This document shows positions 9,626 to 19,994 of a stretch of DNA of 64,000 nt, piece by piece. The stretch spans positions 12,509 to 76,508 of the forward strand of contig DAFS01000033.1 in assembly GCA_002495525.1 (NCBI GenBank), in the 5' to 3' direction. The position numbers and the translations under genes are program-made. This DNA is from Euryarchaeota archaeon UBA89 (GTDB taxonomy: Archaea; Thermoplasmatota; Poseidoniia; Poseidoniales; Thalassarchaeaceae). The notes below the pieces were generated by a model. It was not told where the DNA came from. It searched no databases and was given only the letters and a program-made list of their open reading frames with translations. Positions within the stretch are counted from its first letter, which is position 1; every line of letters begins with the position of its first letter.

Positions 9626-11731
9626 TTATGGCCTTTGAGAATCTATCCCCCAGAGACGATTCACGGTAAAAACGAATAACGATAATAATAAGAAAACCAG
9701 TATTACTGTTTGTAGTGGCTTCTGCCAGTATGGTTCAATTGGAACTTCAGAATTAACTATTATTTGGCCTTCTTCATTTGCATCTTCACTTTGCCAGTTA
9801 AAAAATGTACTAACCGGAGTGGAACTAGTTAATTCAAAACTTAATTCCACATCAAAGAATCCTGGCCCATTTGAGTTTGCGGCGGGGACTGAAACAAATG
9901 GCCCACACTGGCTATTCGTACAATACTGACCTGACCCTGGTGAGGCTCTATTATTTTGCATAGATGCAGAAAAGAAAACCGTATTCCCTTCAACTAATTT
10001 ACCCTCAATTTCGGCATTAATTAATTCGATATCTATACCAAAATTAGGAGAAATTGCTAACCCAAAAGCAAGATTCTGGTGATTCGAAGAAGAATCATAT
10101 GCATCGATACTGAATACATGGGTTCCCGAATTAAATGGTCCCAGTACCATTTTATCAATTTGATTCATACTAACATTATTGACAATTTCTTTGTTATCAA
10201 TCGATAGAGACCAAAAAGTTTCATTTATTGAATCTAAGTCATCAAAGGAATTTTGTAAAGAAATTGTAATTAAATCGCCTTCTCTAGCGAGATTACTAGA
10301 AGAAATTGATTGATTATTAATTATTAAATCCGGGATTATTGTTGGGCCTGTGCCATCCAGTACAATTACCTCCCATTCCCTAAAAATAGTGTTTCCTGCA
10401 TCATCGGAAACTGTAAGATTAATCGACCATGAGGTGGATAATTTAGCTTTATGTCGTTCAGAGACATTAAGGTGAAGGCCATTAGAATCACTATTCTGAT
10501 AAAATACATCTGAGAAAATAAGGTTGTCAGTGCCTCTGTGAATATAATTAGGAGTCTTATTTGAAATGATTTTTATATTCACAGGAGATTCAGAATTAGG
10601 ATCATTTGCTGAAATATTAAATGAGATACTAGTATCTGATTTCACAGAGATAGATTGATTATTATCCAATATGATCATTTCATTTTCTTCATTAATATAG
10701 GAAATAACTGAATTCCAAATTGGAGATATAGAGTCAATTACTATATTTTCATACCAAGTACTTGTAGCATCAAACCAATCTTTACAATACATCACTATGC
10801 TAGCAACGTCTCCTTCTTCAAAACCATAGTCTTGTGAAATAAAACTTAAATTATCTCCATAATGAGTAAGCAAAAGAGTGCCATTATTAGATAACGTCCA
10901 CCATTGTTGATTATTATCTAGGCTACTATCTTCACAATCTCCATGATACACAGTATTAGAATTCATAGTAATCATAGCACCATTTGAAGTTCTATAACCT
11001 AAAGCATTGGGCATTTGATTATTTGAAATTGTTACTCGTATATTACTAGCTACATTTGCTTCTGAACGATTCACAATAAATTCACCCGGTTCTCCAGAGA
11101 ATATTTCTCCCATAGCACTGTACTTATATTCCCAGTCATTTGGAAGAAAAATTGTTAATGGAACCTCTTCAACAAATGCTCCAATTCTTGGAAAATCAAT
11201 TATTCTAGTAGTTCGACTATCAGTTTGACCAATCAAATCGGCTGTTTCTTCCCAACCCCATGATGTGTTCTCTAAATCTATTGGACCATCTACCACTTTA
11301 GATGTAATCAGATTAATGCCTTGATTGGAATATAATGGATTATAATCAAAAATACAGCAACCGCCATTTTCAGAATTAGTCCAATTTCTTTCTTGATGGA
11401 ATAATTGATCGAATAAATTAGATTCATTAGAATCTATAAAACCATCTGAATTTCCTAAATGAATATCAATTTGAGCTCTCAGCCCTAATTCTGAATTTTG
11501 TAAAAGATCAGAACCAATCTGATCAGAGATATTTATTGACAATTCCCAGGAGGCATTAAATTGTGAATTAACTTTTATATCGTCTTCTATAATGAAATTA
11601 GAATATCCAGTTATTGAAGAATACAAAAAATCATCATCAATATCTCGATTATTAGTAGCGCCGACTGAAACATTACCCAAACTAAGAATTATTAGAAAAA
11701 AAATCATAAATGACAGAATATTTTTCTTCAT
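9626..11731 (-). CDS. Large secreted, C-terminally anchored surface (glyco)protein, probably Ig-like/PKD-like domains
   Basis: Signal peptide MKKNILSFMIFFLIILSLG (ATG 11731), acidic N/S/D-rich beta-type body, many N-x-S/T sequons, C-terminal TM helix. Confidence 0.72.
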   Translation of the reverse strand: MKKNILSFMIFFLIILSLGNVSVGATNNRDIDDDFLYSSITGYSNFIIEDDIKVNSQFNASWELSINISDQIGSDLLQNSELGLRAQIDIHLGNSDGFIDSNESNLFDQLFHQERNWTNSENGGCCIFDYNPLYSNQGINLITSKVVDGPIDLENTSWGWEETADLIGQTDSRTTRIIDFPRIGAFVEEVPLTIFLPNDWEYKYSAMGEIFSGEPGEFIVNRSEANVASNIRVTISNNQMPNALGYRTSNGAMITMNSNTVYHGDCEDSSLDNNQQWWTLSNNGTLLLTHYGDNLSFISQDYGFEEGDVASIVMYCKDWFDATSTWYENIVIDSISPIWNSVISYINEENEMIILDNNQSISVKSDTSISFNISANDPNSESPVNIKIISNKTPNYIHRGTDNLIFSDVFYQNSDSNGLHLNVSERHKAKLSTSWSINLTVSDDAGNTIFREWEVIVLDGTGPTIIPDLIINNQSISSSNLAREGDLITISLQNSFDDLDSINETFWSLSIDNKEIVNNVSMNQIDKMVLGPFNSGTHVFSIDAYDSSSNHQNLAFGLAISPNFGIDIELINAEIEGKLVEGNTVFFSASMQNNRASPGSGQYCTNSQCGPFVSVPAANSNGPGFFDVELSFELTSSTPVSTFFNWQSEDANEEGQIIVNSEVPIEPYWQKPLQTVILVFLLLSLFVFTVNRLWGIDSQRP

Positions 11732-11735
11732 TTTT

Positions 11736-12746
11736 TCACACTCTAGAATCATTAAAAATAATTTTTGAACCATTAAAATCAATATTCAAGGGTAATATCC
11801 TATGTTCGGAAGAAAACTCAGATTGTAAGTTCTCACGGAATTTAGAATCTCCATGTACAAGGAAAAATCCACCGCCACCAGCACCTAATAATTTAGCTCC
11901 AGTAGCGCCATTAGACATTATGCGGCTATACATTTCATCGAGAAAATTATTGCTAACATTTGAAGAAATACCTTTTTTCATCAACCAAGCTTCATTAAGA
12001 AGAATACCAAGATTTGAAAAATCGCCTGATGAAAGATATTCCCTTGCTTCGTCTGCTTGTTCTCTAATTCGAAAAAGATTTTCTATAGCTAATTTACCCT
12101 CTTCTTCAGAATTTGACAACACAGCAGAGGCAGATCGGTTCTGTCCAGTAAAGATAAGTGTGAATTCATCAGATATTTTTGATTTTAATTGGTCGGAAAT
12201 ATTAATTGGTTCTACAATAACATTACCATCAGAACAGAATTTAATTGAATTTATTCCACCAAAGGATGCGGCATATTGATCTTGTCTACCTATAGGTTGG
12301 CCAAGTATTTTAATTTCAATTTCACAAGCCTCAGATGCTAATTGTGATGCGGAAACATTCCTACCTGCGAAGCAATGTAGTGCATTAAGCAGACCTACGG
12401 TAACTGCAGATGACGAACCTAAACCTGTCCCTCTAGATGGAATATCTGCTATTGTAGTGATTTCTACACCTGAAGTAACACCTGTCATCCTCATTGATTC
12501 ACGTACTAATTCATGTTCAATATCCTCAAAATCATCTACAATTTCTAACTTAGAGTAAGACAATCTAATTCTTTCATCAAAACGCCTGTTAACAGTAACA
12601 TGAATATATCTATCAATAGCTAGAGATGTAACCATTCCACCTTTTTCTGAAGAAAGAGAGAACCAATCTACGTCAGTTCCACCTCCGCAAAACGAGACTC
12701 GAACAGGTGTCCGACTGATTATCATCATGATGGTGGGATAATTCAT
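11736..12746 (-). CDS. GHMP-family sugar kinase, similar to D-glycero-D-manno-heptose-7-phosphate kinase HddA
   Basis: PVRVSFCGGGTD, GTGLGSSS, IGRQDQYAASFGG, GAKLLGAGGGGF. Confidence 0.85.
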   Translation of the reverse strand: MNYPTIMMIISRTPVRVSFCGGGTDVDWFSLSSEKGGMVTSLAIDRYIHVTVNRRFDERIRLSYSKLEIVDDFEDIEHELVRESMRMTGVTSGVEITTIADIPSRGTGLGSSSAVTVGLLNALHCFAGRNVSASQLASEACEIEIKILGQPIGRQDQYAASFGGINSIKFCSDGNVIVEPINISDQLKSKISDEFTLIFTGQNRSASAVLSNSEEEGKLAIENLFRIREQADEAREYLSSGDFSNLGILLNEAWLMKKGISSNVSNNFLDEMYSRIMSNGATGAKLLGAGGGGFFLVHGDSKFRENLQSEFSSEHRILPLNIDFNGSKIIFNDSRV

Positions 12747-12835
12747 TACTCATCAAGACAGCGGAATACGGTCATCAAAGGTTACGCTTAGAGCGGAATG
12801 CATATGACCCGCTTCTGATACCAATCGCTAGGAGA

Positions 12836-13774
12836 ATGAGTATGGGCGACCTTATTACGATGGACGATCTAACAAATGAAGAGATATTGCAGGTCCTTGA
12901 TAATGCGAGAAAATTATTACCAGTTGCCAAAGGTGATGTATACTTACCTTTACTTCAAGGTAAGGTTTTAGGAAATCTTTTCTTTGAGAATTCTACACGT
13001 ACTCGAATGTCATTTGAAACAGCGATGAAAAGACTAGGAGGAGAAGTTTTGAATCTAAGTTCTATAGGTTCTTCTGTAGCGAAAGGTGAAACCCTGTATG
13101 ATACTATGCAGATGGTAGATGGATATGCAGATATTGCAGTCATTAGGCATCCGAATCAAGGAGCTGCTCAATATAGTGCTGATGCAGTTAACATACCAAT
13201 CCTAAATGGAGGAGATGGTGCTGGAAATCATCCAACACAAACCATGCTAGATTTATTCACAATTCGTGAAGCACATGGTAGTCTAGAAGGGCTACATGTG
13301 ATGATGGTAGGAGATCTTAGATATGGAAGGACAACTCATAGTTTATCGCATGCACTAGTAAGATTTGGAGCCAAAATCACACTGGTTTCACCAGAATCAC
13401 TAAGGATGCCTGATGAAATAGTTTCAGATTTAAAAAATCATGGTGGAGAAATAAATGAAACAGAAGAAATGTCATCATCTATTGATTCTGCTGATGTCAT
13501 ATATATGACGAGAATACAGAAAGAAAGATTTCCAGACGAAGATGAATACATCAAAGTAGCAGGAATTTATAAATTAATTGAAGATGATTTATCGAGTGCG
13601 AAGGCTGGGATGATAGTCATGCACCCTCTACCAAGAGTGAATGAATTACATGCCAGTGTTGACTCAACAAAACATGCAAGATATTTCCAGCAGGCGTTCA
13701 ATGGTGTCCCTACTAGAATGGCTTTATTATGCAGAAGTTTAGGAGTAAAGATTCCAAAGAAGGTGAATAAATGA
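12836..13774 (+). CDS. pyrB: Aspartate carbamoyltransferase catalytic subunit
   Basis: FFENSTRTRMSF, HPTQTMLD, GDLRYGRTTHS, RIQKER, MHPLPR. Confidence 0.99.
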   Translation: MSMGDLITMDDLTNEEILQVLDNARKLLPVAKGDVYLPLLQGKVLGNLFFENSTRTRMSFETAMKRLGGEVLNLSSIGSSVAKGETLYDTMQMVDGYADIAVIRHPNQGAAQYSADAVNIPILNGGDGAGNHPTQTMLDLFTIREAHGSLEGLHVMMVGDLRYGRTTHSLSHALVRFGAKITLVSPESLRMPDEIVSDLKNHGGEINETEEMSSSIDSADVIYMTRIQKERFPDEDEYIKVAGIYKLIEDDLSSAKAGMIVMHPLPRVNELHASVDSTKHARYFQQAFNGVPTRMALLCRSLGVKIPKKVNK

Positions 13775-14238
13775 GTGAAATGAGGCGTGTTACTGCAATT
13801 TGTAATGGTACTGCAATAGACCATATTCCCTCAGGTCATGCATTACAGGTACTGAAAATGTTGAGGTTAGATGTTGGAAGATCTAACCCTATTTCCATGG
13901 TAATGAATGTACCTAGTGGGAAAATGGGTAGGAAAGATGTTTTGAAAATTGAAGATAGGGAATTAAATCAAGAAGAATTAGACCGCTTAGCTCTAATCGC
14001 CCCTAAAGCATCAGTTGCAATTATTAGAAATTATCATGTAGCAGAAAAAAGAACTATTGAACTTGGTTCAGAATTGATAAATATAGTGAGGTGCTCGTTT
14101 TCAAATTGTATCACACAAAATCCTCGTGAGCCGTTGCCTCACAAGCTAAAAATTATTTCAGCAGACCCTATGATACTAAGATGCTCATATTGTGGAAAGA
14201 ATCAAAATATTGATGAAATTGTAGATTTCATAATTTAA
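13771..14238 (+). CDS. pyrI: Aspartate carbamoyltransferase regulatory subunit
   Basis: NGTAIDHI, GRKDVLKIE, Zn ligands CSFSNC and CSYC; overlaps the pyrB stop. Confidence 0.97.
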   Translation: MSEMRRVTAICNGTAIDHIPSGHALQVLKMLRLDVGRSNPISMVMNVPSGKMGRKDVLKIEDRELNQEELDRLALIAPKASVAIIRNYHVAEKRTIELGSELINIVRCSFSNCITQNPREPLPHKLKIISADPMILRCSYCGKNQNIDEIVDFII

Positions 14239-15230
14239 TTCTCTTCTAGCCAACGTTTCATCGTACAGGCTTGACATACTTCTCTACTCGTAATTTCGCC
14301 ACATTTCACACAATTCTTAATTTCTGATTTGACCGGGTTAACTTCTTTGTATAATTTACGTATTTGATCTAAAGAATGTAATAATCCATGCCTAGAACCT
14401 GGTGTCATTGTTTCCATATCAGCAATAATTCTACGGCTTAGTTGCCTCATTGCACCGGGTGCATGTGGGCAATCTCCATGATGGATAGGTAGTTCAGAAT
14501 AAATAGCATGAGCATGAATCTCTTGCTCTGGAATCCAGCGTAAAGGAACTACTCTAGGAGCAAGCCCTTCAATTGGGTCATCTGTATGAGGCGCTAATCG
14601 GACTGACCTCTCGATATTTCCTTTCTGAAAATTCATTACTATTGATTGAGCCATATCATCTAGATTATGTCCTAAAGCCATAATATCTGCTCCAACTTTC
14701 TCCGCTAAAGCATTAATTCCTTGTCTTCTAAAAACACCACAATAAGAACATGGCATCATGCCCTTAGCATCAGGATTATTTTCTCCAATTACATCCATCT
14801 TCTTTACCACATTATCCATTTTATCATAACCAATTTCTTCATAAGATAATGTTTCAAATCTAATATTCAAAGATTCAGCAAGTTCTCTTGCTAATTCAAG
14901 TGATGGAGAACGATATCCATCTATTCCCTCGTCAATACACCCAGAAATAATTTCTACATCTCTTCTTTGACCGATAATATCGACAAGCATACTGAGTAAT
15001 ACTGCTGAGTCTTTACCACCTGAAATTGCTACAAAGATTTTGAAAGGTGTACCATCTGCATGTCGAGCATCTTTAGGTAAATTTATCTGTAGACGTATTT
15101 CTTTAGCAACTCTCTTCCTTATCGACAATGCTAGATGTTTACCACACAAATGTTGACCACTATATTCTTGGAAAAGAATGGATGGCTCTTTACATTGGCT
15201 ACAAGATTGTATCGAGAGCCCGCCGTTCAT
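14235..15230 (-). CDS. tRNA 2-thiolation protein (TtuA/NcsA/Ctu1, TIGR00269 family)
   Basis: N-terminal CxxC...CxxH, PP-loop SGGKDS, CSYCGVFRR, GHNLDD, CPHA, C-terminal CxxC...CxxC. Confidence 0.92.
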   Translation of the reverse strand: MNGGLSIQSCSQCKEPSILFQEYSGQHLCGKHLALSIRKRVAKEIRLQINLPKDARHADGTPFKIFVAISGGKDSAVLLSMLVDIIGQRRDVEIISGCIDEGIDGYRSPSLELARELAESLNIRFETLSYEEIGYDKMDNVVKKMDVIGENNPDAKGMMPCSYCGVFRRQGINALAEKVGADIMALGHNLDDMAQSIVMNFQKGNIERSVRLAPHTDDPIEGLAPRVVPLRWIPEQEIHAHAIYSELPIHHGDCPHAPGAMRQLSRRIIADMETMTPGSRHGLLHSLDQIRKLYKEVNPVKSEIKNCVKCGEITSREVCQACTMKRWLEEN

Positions 15231-15277
15231 AATGTCTCGTCAAGTATACTGCGCTTGAACCCAGCGAGTCAAGGTTA

Positions 15278-15559
15278 GTGATTAATCGATGGATTGATGA
15301 CCTAGATACTCCTGATAGGAGCATGGATGGAGCCTCACCTTTACCCAATCAAAATAAAAATAAGGTGAGTAATTTAGGGCCATGGTTACATCGTTTATTA
15401 GTAATAAGTACAATTCTAATAACTATTTTATTCCAAGAACATATAATAGAATTACTAGAATTAGTAAATATCACCAATAATATTATGTTAGTAATTATTC
15501 AATTTATTATTATTATAATTTTCTGGGGTATTTTTCATAAAATTCTACAACTAAGTTAA
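15278..15559 (+). CDS. Small hypothetical membrane protein (2 TM)
   Basis: 93-aa ORF filling the gap, two hydrophobic segments, stop overlaps the convergent gene. Confidence 0.55.
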   Translation: MINRWIDDLDTPDRSMDGASPLPNQNKNKVSNLGPWLHRLLVISTILITILFQEHIIELLELVNITNNIMLVIIQFIIIIIFWGIFHKILQLS

Positions 15560-16758
15560 TTTCTTATTCTTGAAAGGCCTGTTTCAATAACTCCGGTGAT
15601 TCTTTGCCAAGGGATTACAAATCGCCCTCCTGCGACAACAATCATGAATAATGATGCAGAAATAACTTTACCATAGGTTAGTTGTAACTCTAAAGATTCT
15701 TTTACTTGACCTGACCACTGAGAACCTTCTAGAATAGCAACAAATGAAATCAAGAAATCATCAAACTCAAGAGCGATAGCAGTTGTTAAACTTACAATAA
15801 TCATTACACCGAATAAATGGATTAAATGACCATTGATGATATTATTAAATTGATTAATATATTCTGGATCTTTCTTTGATGCTTCTGGAAGTAAGGATGT
15901 ATACTCTAGATTTGATATTACAGCTAATCCTGATTCTAAGAATACTAATATTAGTATGGCCACTGTAAGTAAATCAAACCCTAATGGAGATATTAAACCT
16001 CCAAATAAGGTCGCTTCACCTATCTGAGCAGAAAGAGGTTTCAAACCAACATCTACTGCTGAAGTTACTCCTTCAAATGTTAACATTGCATGGATAGCAA
16101 TTATCATCAAGAAGTAGCCTGTAGACCAGGTGATCATTCTTTTAGATAAACCCCAAATACCCATTAATCCTACAAGAATAGGGGCGAAAACTATTCCAAA
16201 GAATATTAATTCAAAGAAAAATTCAAATGGGGCTAACACTAAATTAACATGGTTGTATTGATCATCAGCATTTCCTATTGGGAGATAAGCACCATTTGAG
16301 ACCATTCCTATCAGCCAAGAGATAAGAAATGGTAGAAGGAACCAAGATGCTAGTATTATACTAAATGTTCTTTTGATAATAAGTTGAAACCTTTCACCGC
16401 GTGTTTGGATAAACACCCACAATGCAGTCAATAAAAAACAGAGTATCAAAGGTATAGTAAATGCATCAAAACCAGTTTCATTAATTCCGGTAATAAAATT
16501 AGGTAATATTGTATTACCATTAGATTCCATCCAAGTTAATCCCCTAGTATGTTCGTATGCAGGGCACCATCCGTCAGTTCCTGAGTTAGCAATAAATTTC
16601 TCTGAACATTCACCATATAACTCACTCATTTTTCGCATTAAAAATAATAGCGAAATTGTAGATAGAGTTTGTAATAGTAGTACTTGCCATCTAAATCGTA
16701 ATTTTGTGATATGCAGAGTCTTTGATTCGGGTACTACATCCATTGCCATTTTATTCAC
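15556..16758 (-). CDS. Hypothetical polytopic membrane protein
   Basis: About 8 hydrophobic segments; GGGGTGA SD before ATG 16749; directly downstream of the DUF58 gene. Confidence 0.8.
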   Translation of the reverse strand: MNKMAMDVVPESKTLHITKLRFRWQVLLLQTLSTISLLFLMRKMSELYGECSEKFIANSGTDGWCPAYEHTRGLTWMESNGNTILPNFITGINETGFDAFTIPLILCFLLTALWVFIQTRGERFQLIIKRTFSIILASWFLLPFLISWLIGMVSNGAYLPIGNADDQYNHVNLVLAPFEFFFELIFFGIVFAPILVGLMGIWGLSKRMITWSTGYFLMIIAIHAMLTFEGVTSAVDVGLKPLSAQIGEATLFGGLISPLGFDLLTVAILILVFLESGLAVISNLEYTSLLPEASKKDPEYINQFNNIINGHLIHLFGVMIIVSLTTAIALEFDDFLISFVAILEGSQWSGQVKESLELQLTYGKVISASLFMIVVAGGRFVIPWQRITGVIETGLSRIRN

Positions 16759-16761
16759 CCC

Positions 16762-18015
16762 CTAGACTGTCCTAATTTGTAATAATGCTTGAGATAATTC
16801 AACACTTGGTGTCCAATCTATTACTTTAGCACCGTAACCTGAAATAGCTGTTAATCGATTCTGTCTTTCTAGTTTTAACACCTCATAAGCCATTCTTGGA
16901 ATCCTACTTACAAGTCTTTCAAGATCAATACTACTCGGAGATAATACAATTACTTCATGACCTTTACCGGAAAGATTTCTAATTGCCGACAAAGTAGTAC
17001 CATCCCCTTCAAGGCTACTAATAATAAACACTGGAGAGCCCCTAGATATTCGTGGAGATAGGGCATTAGTCACGGCTTGTAAAGGCATACTCCCTTTCGA
17101 TTCGACAGCAGCCAATTGGCTTAGAACCTTGTAATGCTGCTTATCTCCTGTCTCTGGTGGAAGAAAATCCATTCTTTCACCATAGGTAACCAAGGATACC
17201 GAATCTCTTCTCTTGATAAAATAATTGGCTATTGATGCTGCAGCTACAGTGCCCATCTCTAATGGATTTTTTAGTACTGTTCCAATTCTCGCTACGTCAC
17301 GAGTATCAAGAATGATGAAAACGTCTGTTACAGCATCTCTAGTTTTCTCATTAACCATTAATTCCCCAGTTCTAGCAAAAGCTTTCCAATTAATCGAACG
17401 GAATGAGTCACCTGGGAAATATTCTCTTAGAGCATAAAATTCCATTCCTTGACCTGGTGTTTTTAGGGTTGTGGCTCCAGTATACATTTTCGGAACATCA
17501 GACCTAATTAAAGCCTCTTCGACATCTCTAACTTGAGGGAAAACAGTGATATCTGATCTGTCACCTACGCTAGTTTCAGAAACAAATAGATTGAACGTAT
17601 TTCTATATCTGATAGAAGTTGGCCCTATTGTGTAGTGCCCCCTCAATGGGCAACGGACTGTATATCGAATCGTTGCAGTCTGTCCTGGGCCTAAATTCAT
17701 TCTCATTAGATTTATTCCTTTTCTCATTTTCATCTCGTGAGGCACATTATCAAAAACCTCTAACTGTTGTGTTCGACGATATGATTTATTTGTAATTGTT
17801 AATACTACATTAATATCGTCTCCTTTGTAAACATTAACTGCAGAAACTTCTCTTTTAATTTCTAGATCTGAATGACCCTCTATCCATCCATTAATTGCTA
17901 AAAATGATATGAAAGTCAGACCTACAATCATTAATTGGAAATTTGAAATCATCATACCTATCAAAATCAGGCTTATTCCGCTTGTGAGAAGGATAGCAGC
18001 TTTACGAGTCCACAT
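16762..18015 (-). CDS. DUF58 / vWA-like domain membrane protein
   Basis: N-terminal TM pair, RGHYTIGP, EFYALREYFPGDSFRSINWKAFAR (DUF58 signature). Confidence 0.92.
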   Translation of the reverse strand: MWTRKAAILLTSGISLILIGMMISNFQLMIVGLTFISFLAINGWIEGHSDLEIKREVSAVNVYKGDDINVVLTITNKSYRRTQQLEVFDNVPHEMKMRKGINLMRMNLGPGQTATIRYTVRCPLRGHYTIGPTSIRYRNTFNLFVSETSVGDRSDITVFPQVRDVEEALIRSDVPKMYTGATTLKTPGQGMEFYALREYFPGDSFRSINWKAFARTGELMVNEKTRDAVTDVFIILDTRDVARIGTVLKNPLEMGTVAAASIANYFIKRRDSVSLVTYGERMDFLPPETGDKQHYKVLSQLAAVESKGSMPLQAVTNALSPRISRGSPVFIISSLEGDGTTLSAIRNLSGKGHEVIVLSPSSIDLERLVSRIPRMAYEVLKLERQNRLTAISGYGAKVIDWTPSVELSQALLQIRTV

Positions 18016-19654
18016 ATTCAACCTCCTCTTCAGAACTAGTTGAGCCCCACTCTTTGATTCTCTTTACTATACCCACCAATTCATCTGGTTTGTATCTGCG
18101 ATCTTCAAATATGAATTTAGTTAATACTTGATCATCAATCATTCTTTGTAACTCTGCTGCAGGAAGCGCATCAAATTCTTCTCTTGAAAGGGTATTTAAA
18201 TTTCTAATTCTTGTCAATAAAACCTGTCTTATTTTTTCAGGCTTTTGATAATACTCATATCTTCTAGCATCCCCAAAACCATAGTATATTATTCTAAATA
18301 CATGACGCCAATTCTCGGGATCTTCTTTACGGATTAAAACGGCTTCTAAAGTAATGAATAGCCCAAGGAAAAGCAGTAACATAGCCATCCAGTCATTAGT
18401 AAAATAAATCAACAAATAATACATTAAATTATATGTATCACCAAATAATGTAGGTTGCTGATGTCTTGATTCATCAAAAATAACGATTGCATTAGAAGAA
18501 CTTTTGGCACTCGAATTTCCGATTAATAAAGATTCAGCAATTACGTCTAATGCCCACTTTCTATTATCGTTTGAAGGGACAACATCGTCGACTCCAGAGT
18601 AGAATGCATCATCGTATAATGAGTTAGTTAATATCGAACCATCTGCAACAAAGTGTACCCTTCCTGAATCTGCTCCGACACACAAACGATCTGCACAGTA
18701 ACGAACATAAACTGCAAATGGACCTACTTCATCTCCATCAATACCAAAAGCAGAAGAACCAATCGTAAGATTGCCATCATCATTAGTGTCTAAGTATGAA
18801 TCGAGGGTAGATTTACCAATGTCATATCTATTTTCAACTGGATTGTAAGAACCTGCATTAAATGCAGATGGTTGATTTGTTAATAAGTTATAATTTTCTG
18901 AAAAATCCCATTGTGTTTCTGAAATCCATCTATGCGAGCATAGTCCGGCATCTTCTCTAGTAATTCCTGCTGGAAATGTCGTAACATCATAAGGATCTGT
19001 GTCTAATAAATCGATAAAACCATCTGTATCTGTATCTCTAAGACATGGATGAATACTTGATAAAGAACCCGAATTAGTAGTGAAATTGAATGCCGAGGTG
19101 GTATTAACCCAGATGAAGTTGTAATCTAATTCTGTAGCATATGCTTCTCCATCATATAGTGTGTGGCCAGAAAATTCTAATCCGAACTGTTCTGCTAAAG
19201 TTGAAGAATATCCTTTATCGTCCATTAAGAGTACAGTACCACCTGCTTCGACAAATTCATCAATAGCGAGTATCTCTGAAGTCGTGTATCCTGAACCTTC
19301 TGAAAGTTCTATCACGTTTTCATCACCAGTAAATCTAGGTAGTGAAATAGTATCCTTTTCAACACCTGATATAATGAAAATAGCTTCTTCAGGGTGATCA
19401 ATTTCACTCAATAAAAGAGGACTCGATACCAGTGCAGTTGTATCAACTCCCATTCTATTAATCTCTTCCCTAAACAACCCAAGATCATTCCAATCATCTC
19501 CGTAAGCTGATTGTTGAGTTTGGCCATCGGTAACATATGTTGCAGCGATTGTAGAAATTAGTAGTATTAGTAAAATCCAGAAGGCCCCAACTAACACATT
19601 GCGTCGTGCTTTAAGGGTCGTTAATCTACGAGTATAGTCGCGAAAATTGGCCAT
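18002..19654 (-). CDS. DUF4350-like membrane-anchored extracellular protein
   Basis: N-terminal TM, S....WNDLG.F, FVEAGGTVLLMDD, G.VHFVADGSILTN, IVIFDESRH, C-terminal TM, DxDxDG loops; AGGTGGGG SD before ATG 19654. Confidence 0.75.
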   Translation of the reverse strand: MANFRDYTRRLTTLKARRNVLVGAFWILLILLISTIAATYVTDGQTQQSAYGDDWNDLGLFREEINRMGVDTTALVSSPLLLSEIDHPEEAIFIISGVEKDTISLPRFTGDENVIELSEGSGYTTSEILAIDEFVEAGGTVLLMDDKGYSSTLAEQFGLEFSGHTLYDGEAYATELDYNFIWVNTTSAFNFTTNSGSLSSIHPCLRDTDTDGFIDLLDTDPYDVTTFPAGITREDAGLCSHRWISETQWDFSENYNLLTNQPSAFNAGSYNPVENRYDIGKSTLDSYLDTNDDGNLTIGSSAFGIDGDEVGPFAVYVRYCADRLCVGADSGRVHFVADGSILTNSLYDDAFYSGVDDVVPSNDNRKWALDVIAESLLIGNSSAKSSSNAIVIFDESRHQQPTLFGDTYNLMYYLLIYFTNDWMAMLLLFLGLFITLEAVLIRKEDPENWRHVFRIIYYGFGDARRYEYYQKPEKIRQVLLTRIRNLNTLSREEFDALPAAELQRMIDDQVLTKFIFEDRRYKPDELVGIVKRIKEWGSTSSEEEVEYVDS

Positions 19655-19742
19655 CCTATACCCCACCTAGTCAATACGACAAATATCGAGCCCGAACTTC
19701 GACTTAAGACGGTTGTGAACGAATGAACGGTCATGCATCATA

Positions 19743-19985
19743 CTATTCAGACAGTTTGATTACCTTACCAACAGTATCAATCTCTTCAACTGGAACCGAT
19801 AAAAGTCCATTTACCGTAGGCCAAGGAAGAAGTTGAGGATTGATATCTGGTTCAATCATCACAAGAATATTAGTTATCTGACCACTTTCAATATCAATAG
19901 TAAAATCCGTAACACTTCCTAATCTATCATCAGCACTATCATGAACTTCACGATTAATGATTTCTCGTCCGAATGTTAATGGCAT
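19743..19985 (-). CDS. PRC-barrel domain protein
   Basis: 80 aa; EIINREV.D....LGSVTDFTID..SG.I pattern and VPVEEI..VGKVI end. Confidence 0.85.
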   Translation of the reverse strand: MPLTFGREIINREVHDSADDRLGSVTDFTIDIESGQITNILVMIEPDINPQLLPWPTVNGLLSVPVEEIDTVGKVIKLSE

Positions 19986-19994
19986 TTTTTTCCC

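Noticed and set aside
12760-12799. AGCGGAAT occurring twice upstream of pyrB
   Set aside because: An 8-bp repeat with no further copies or structure; no attenuator evident.
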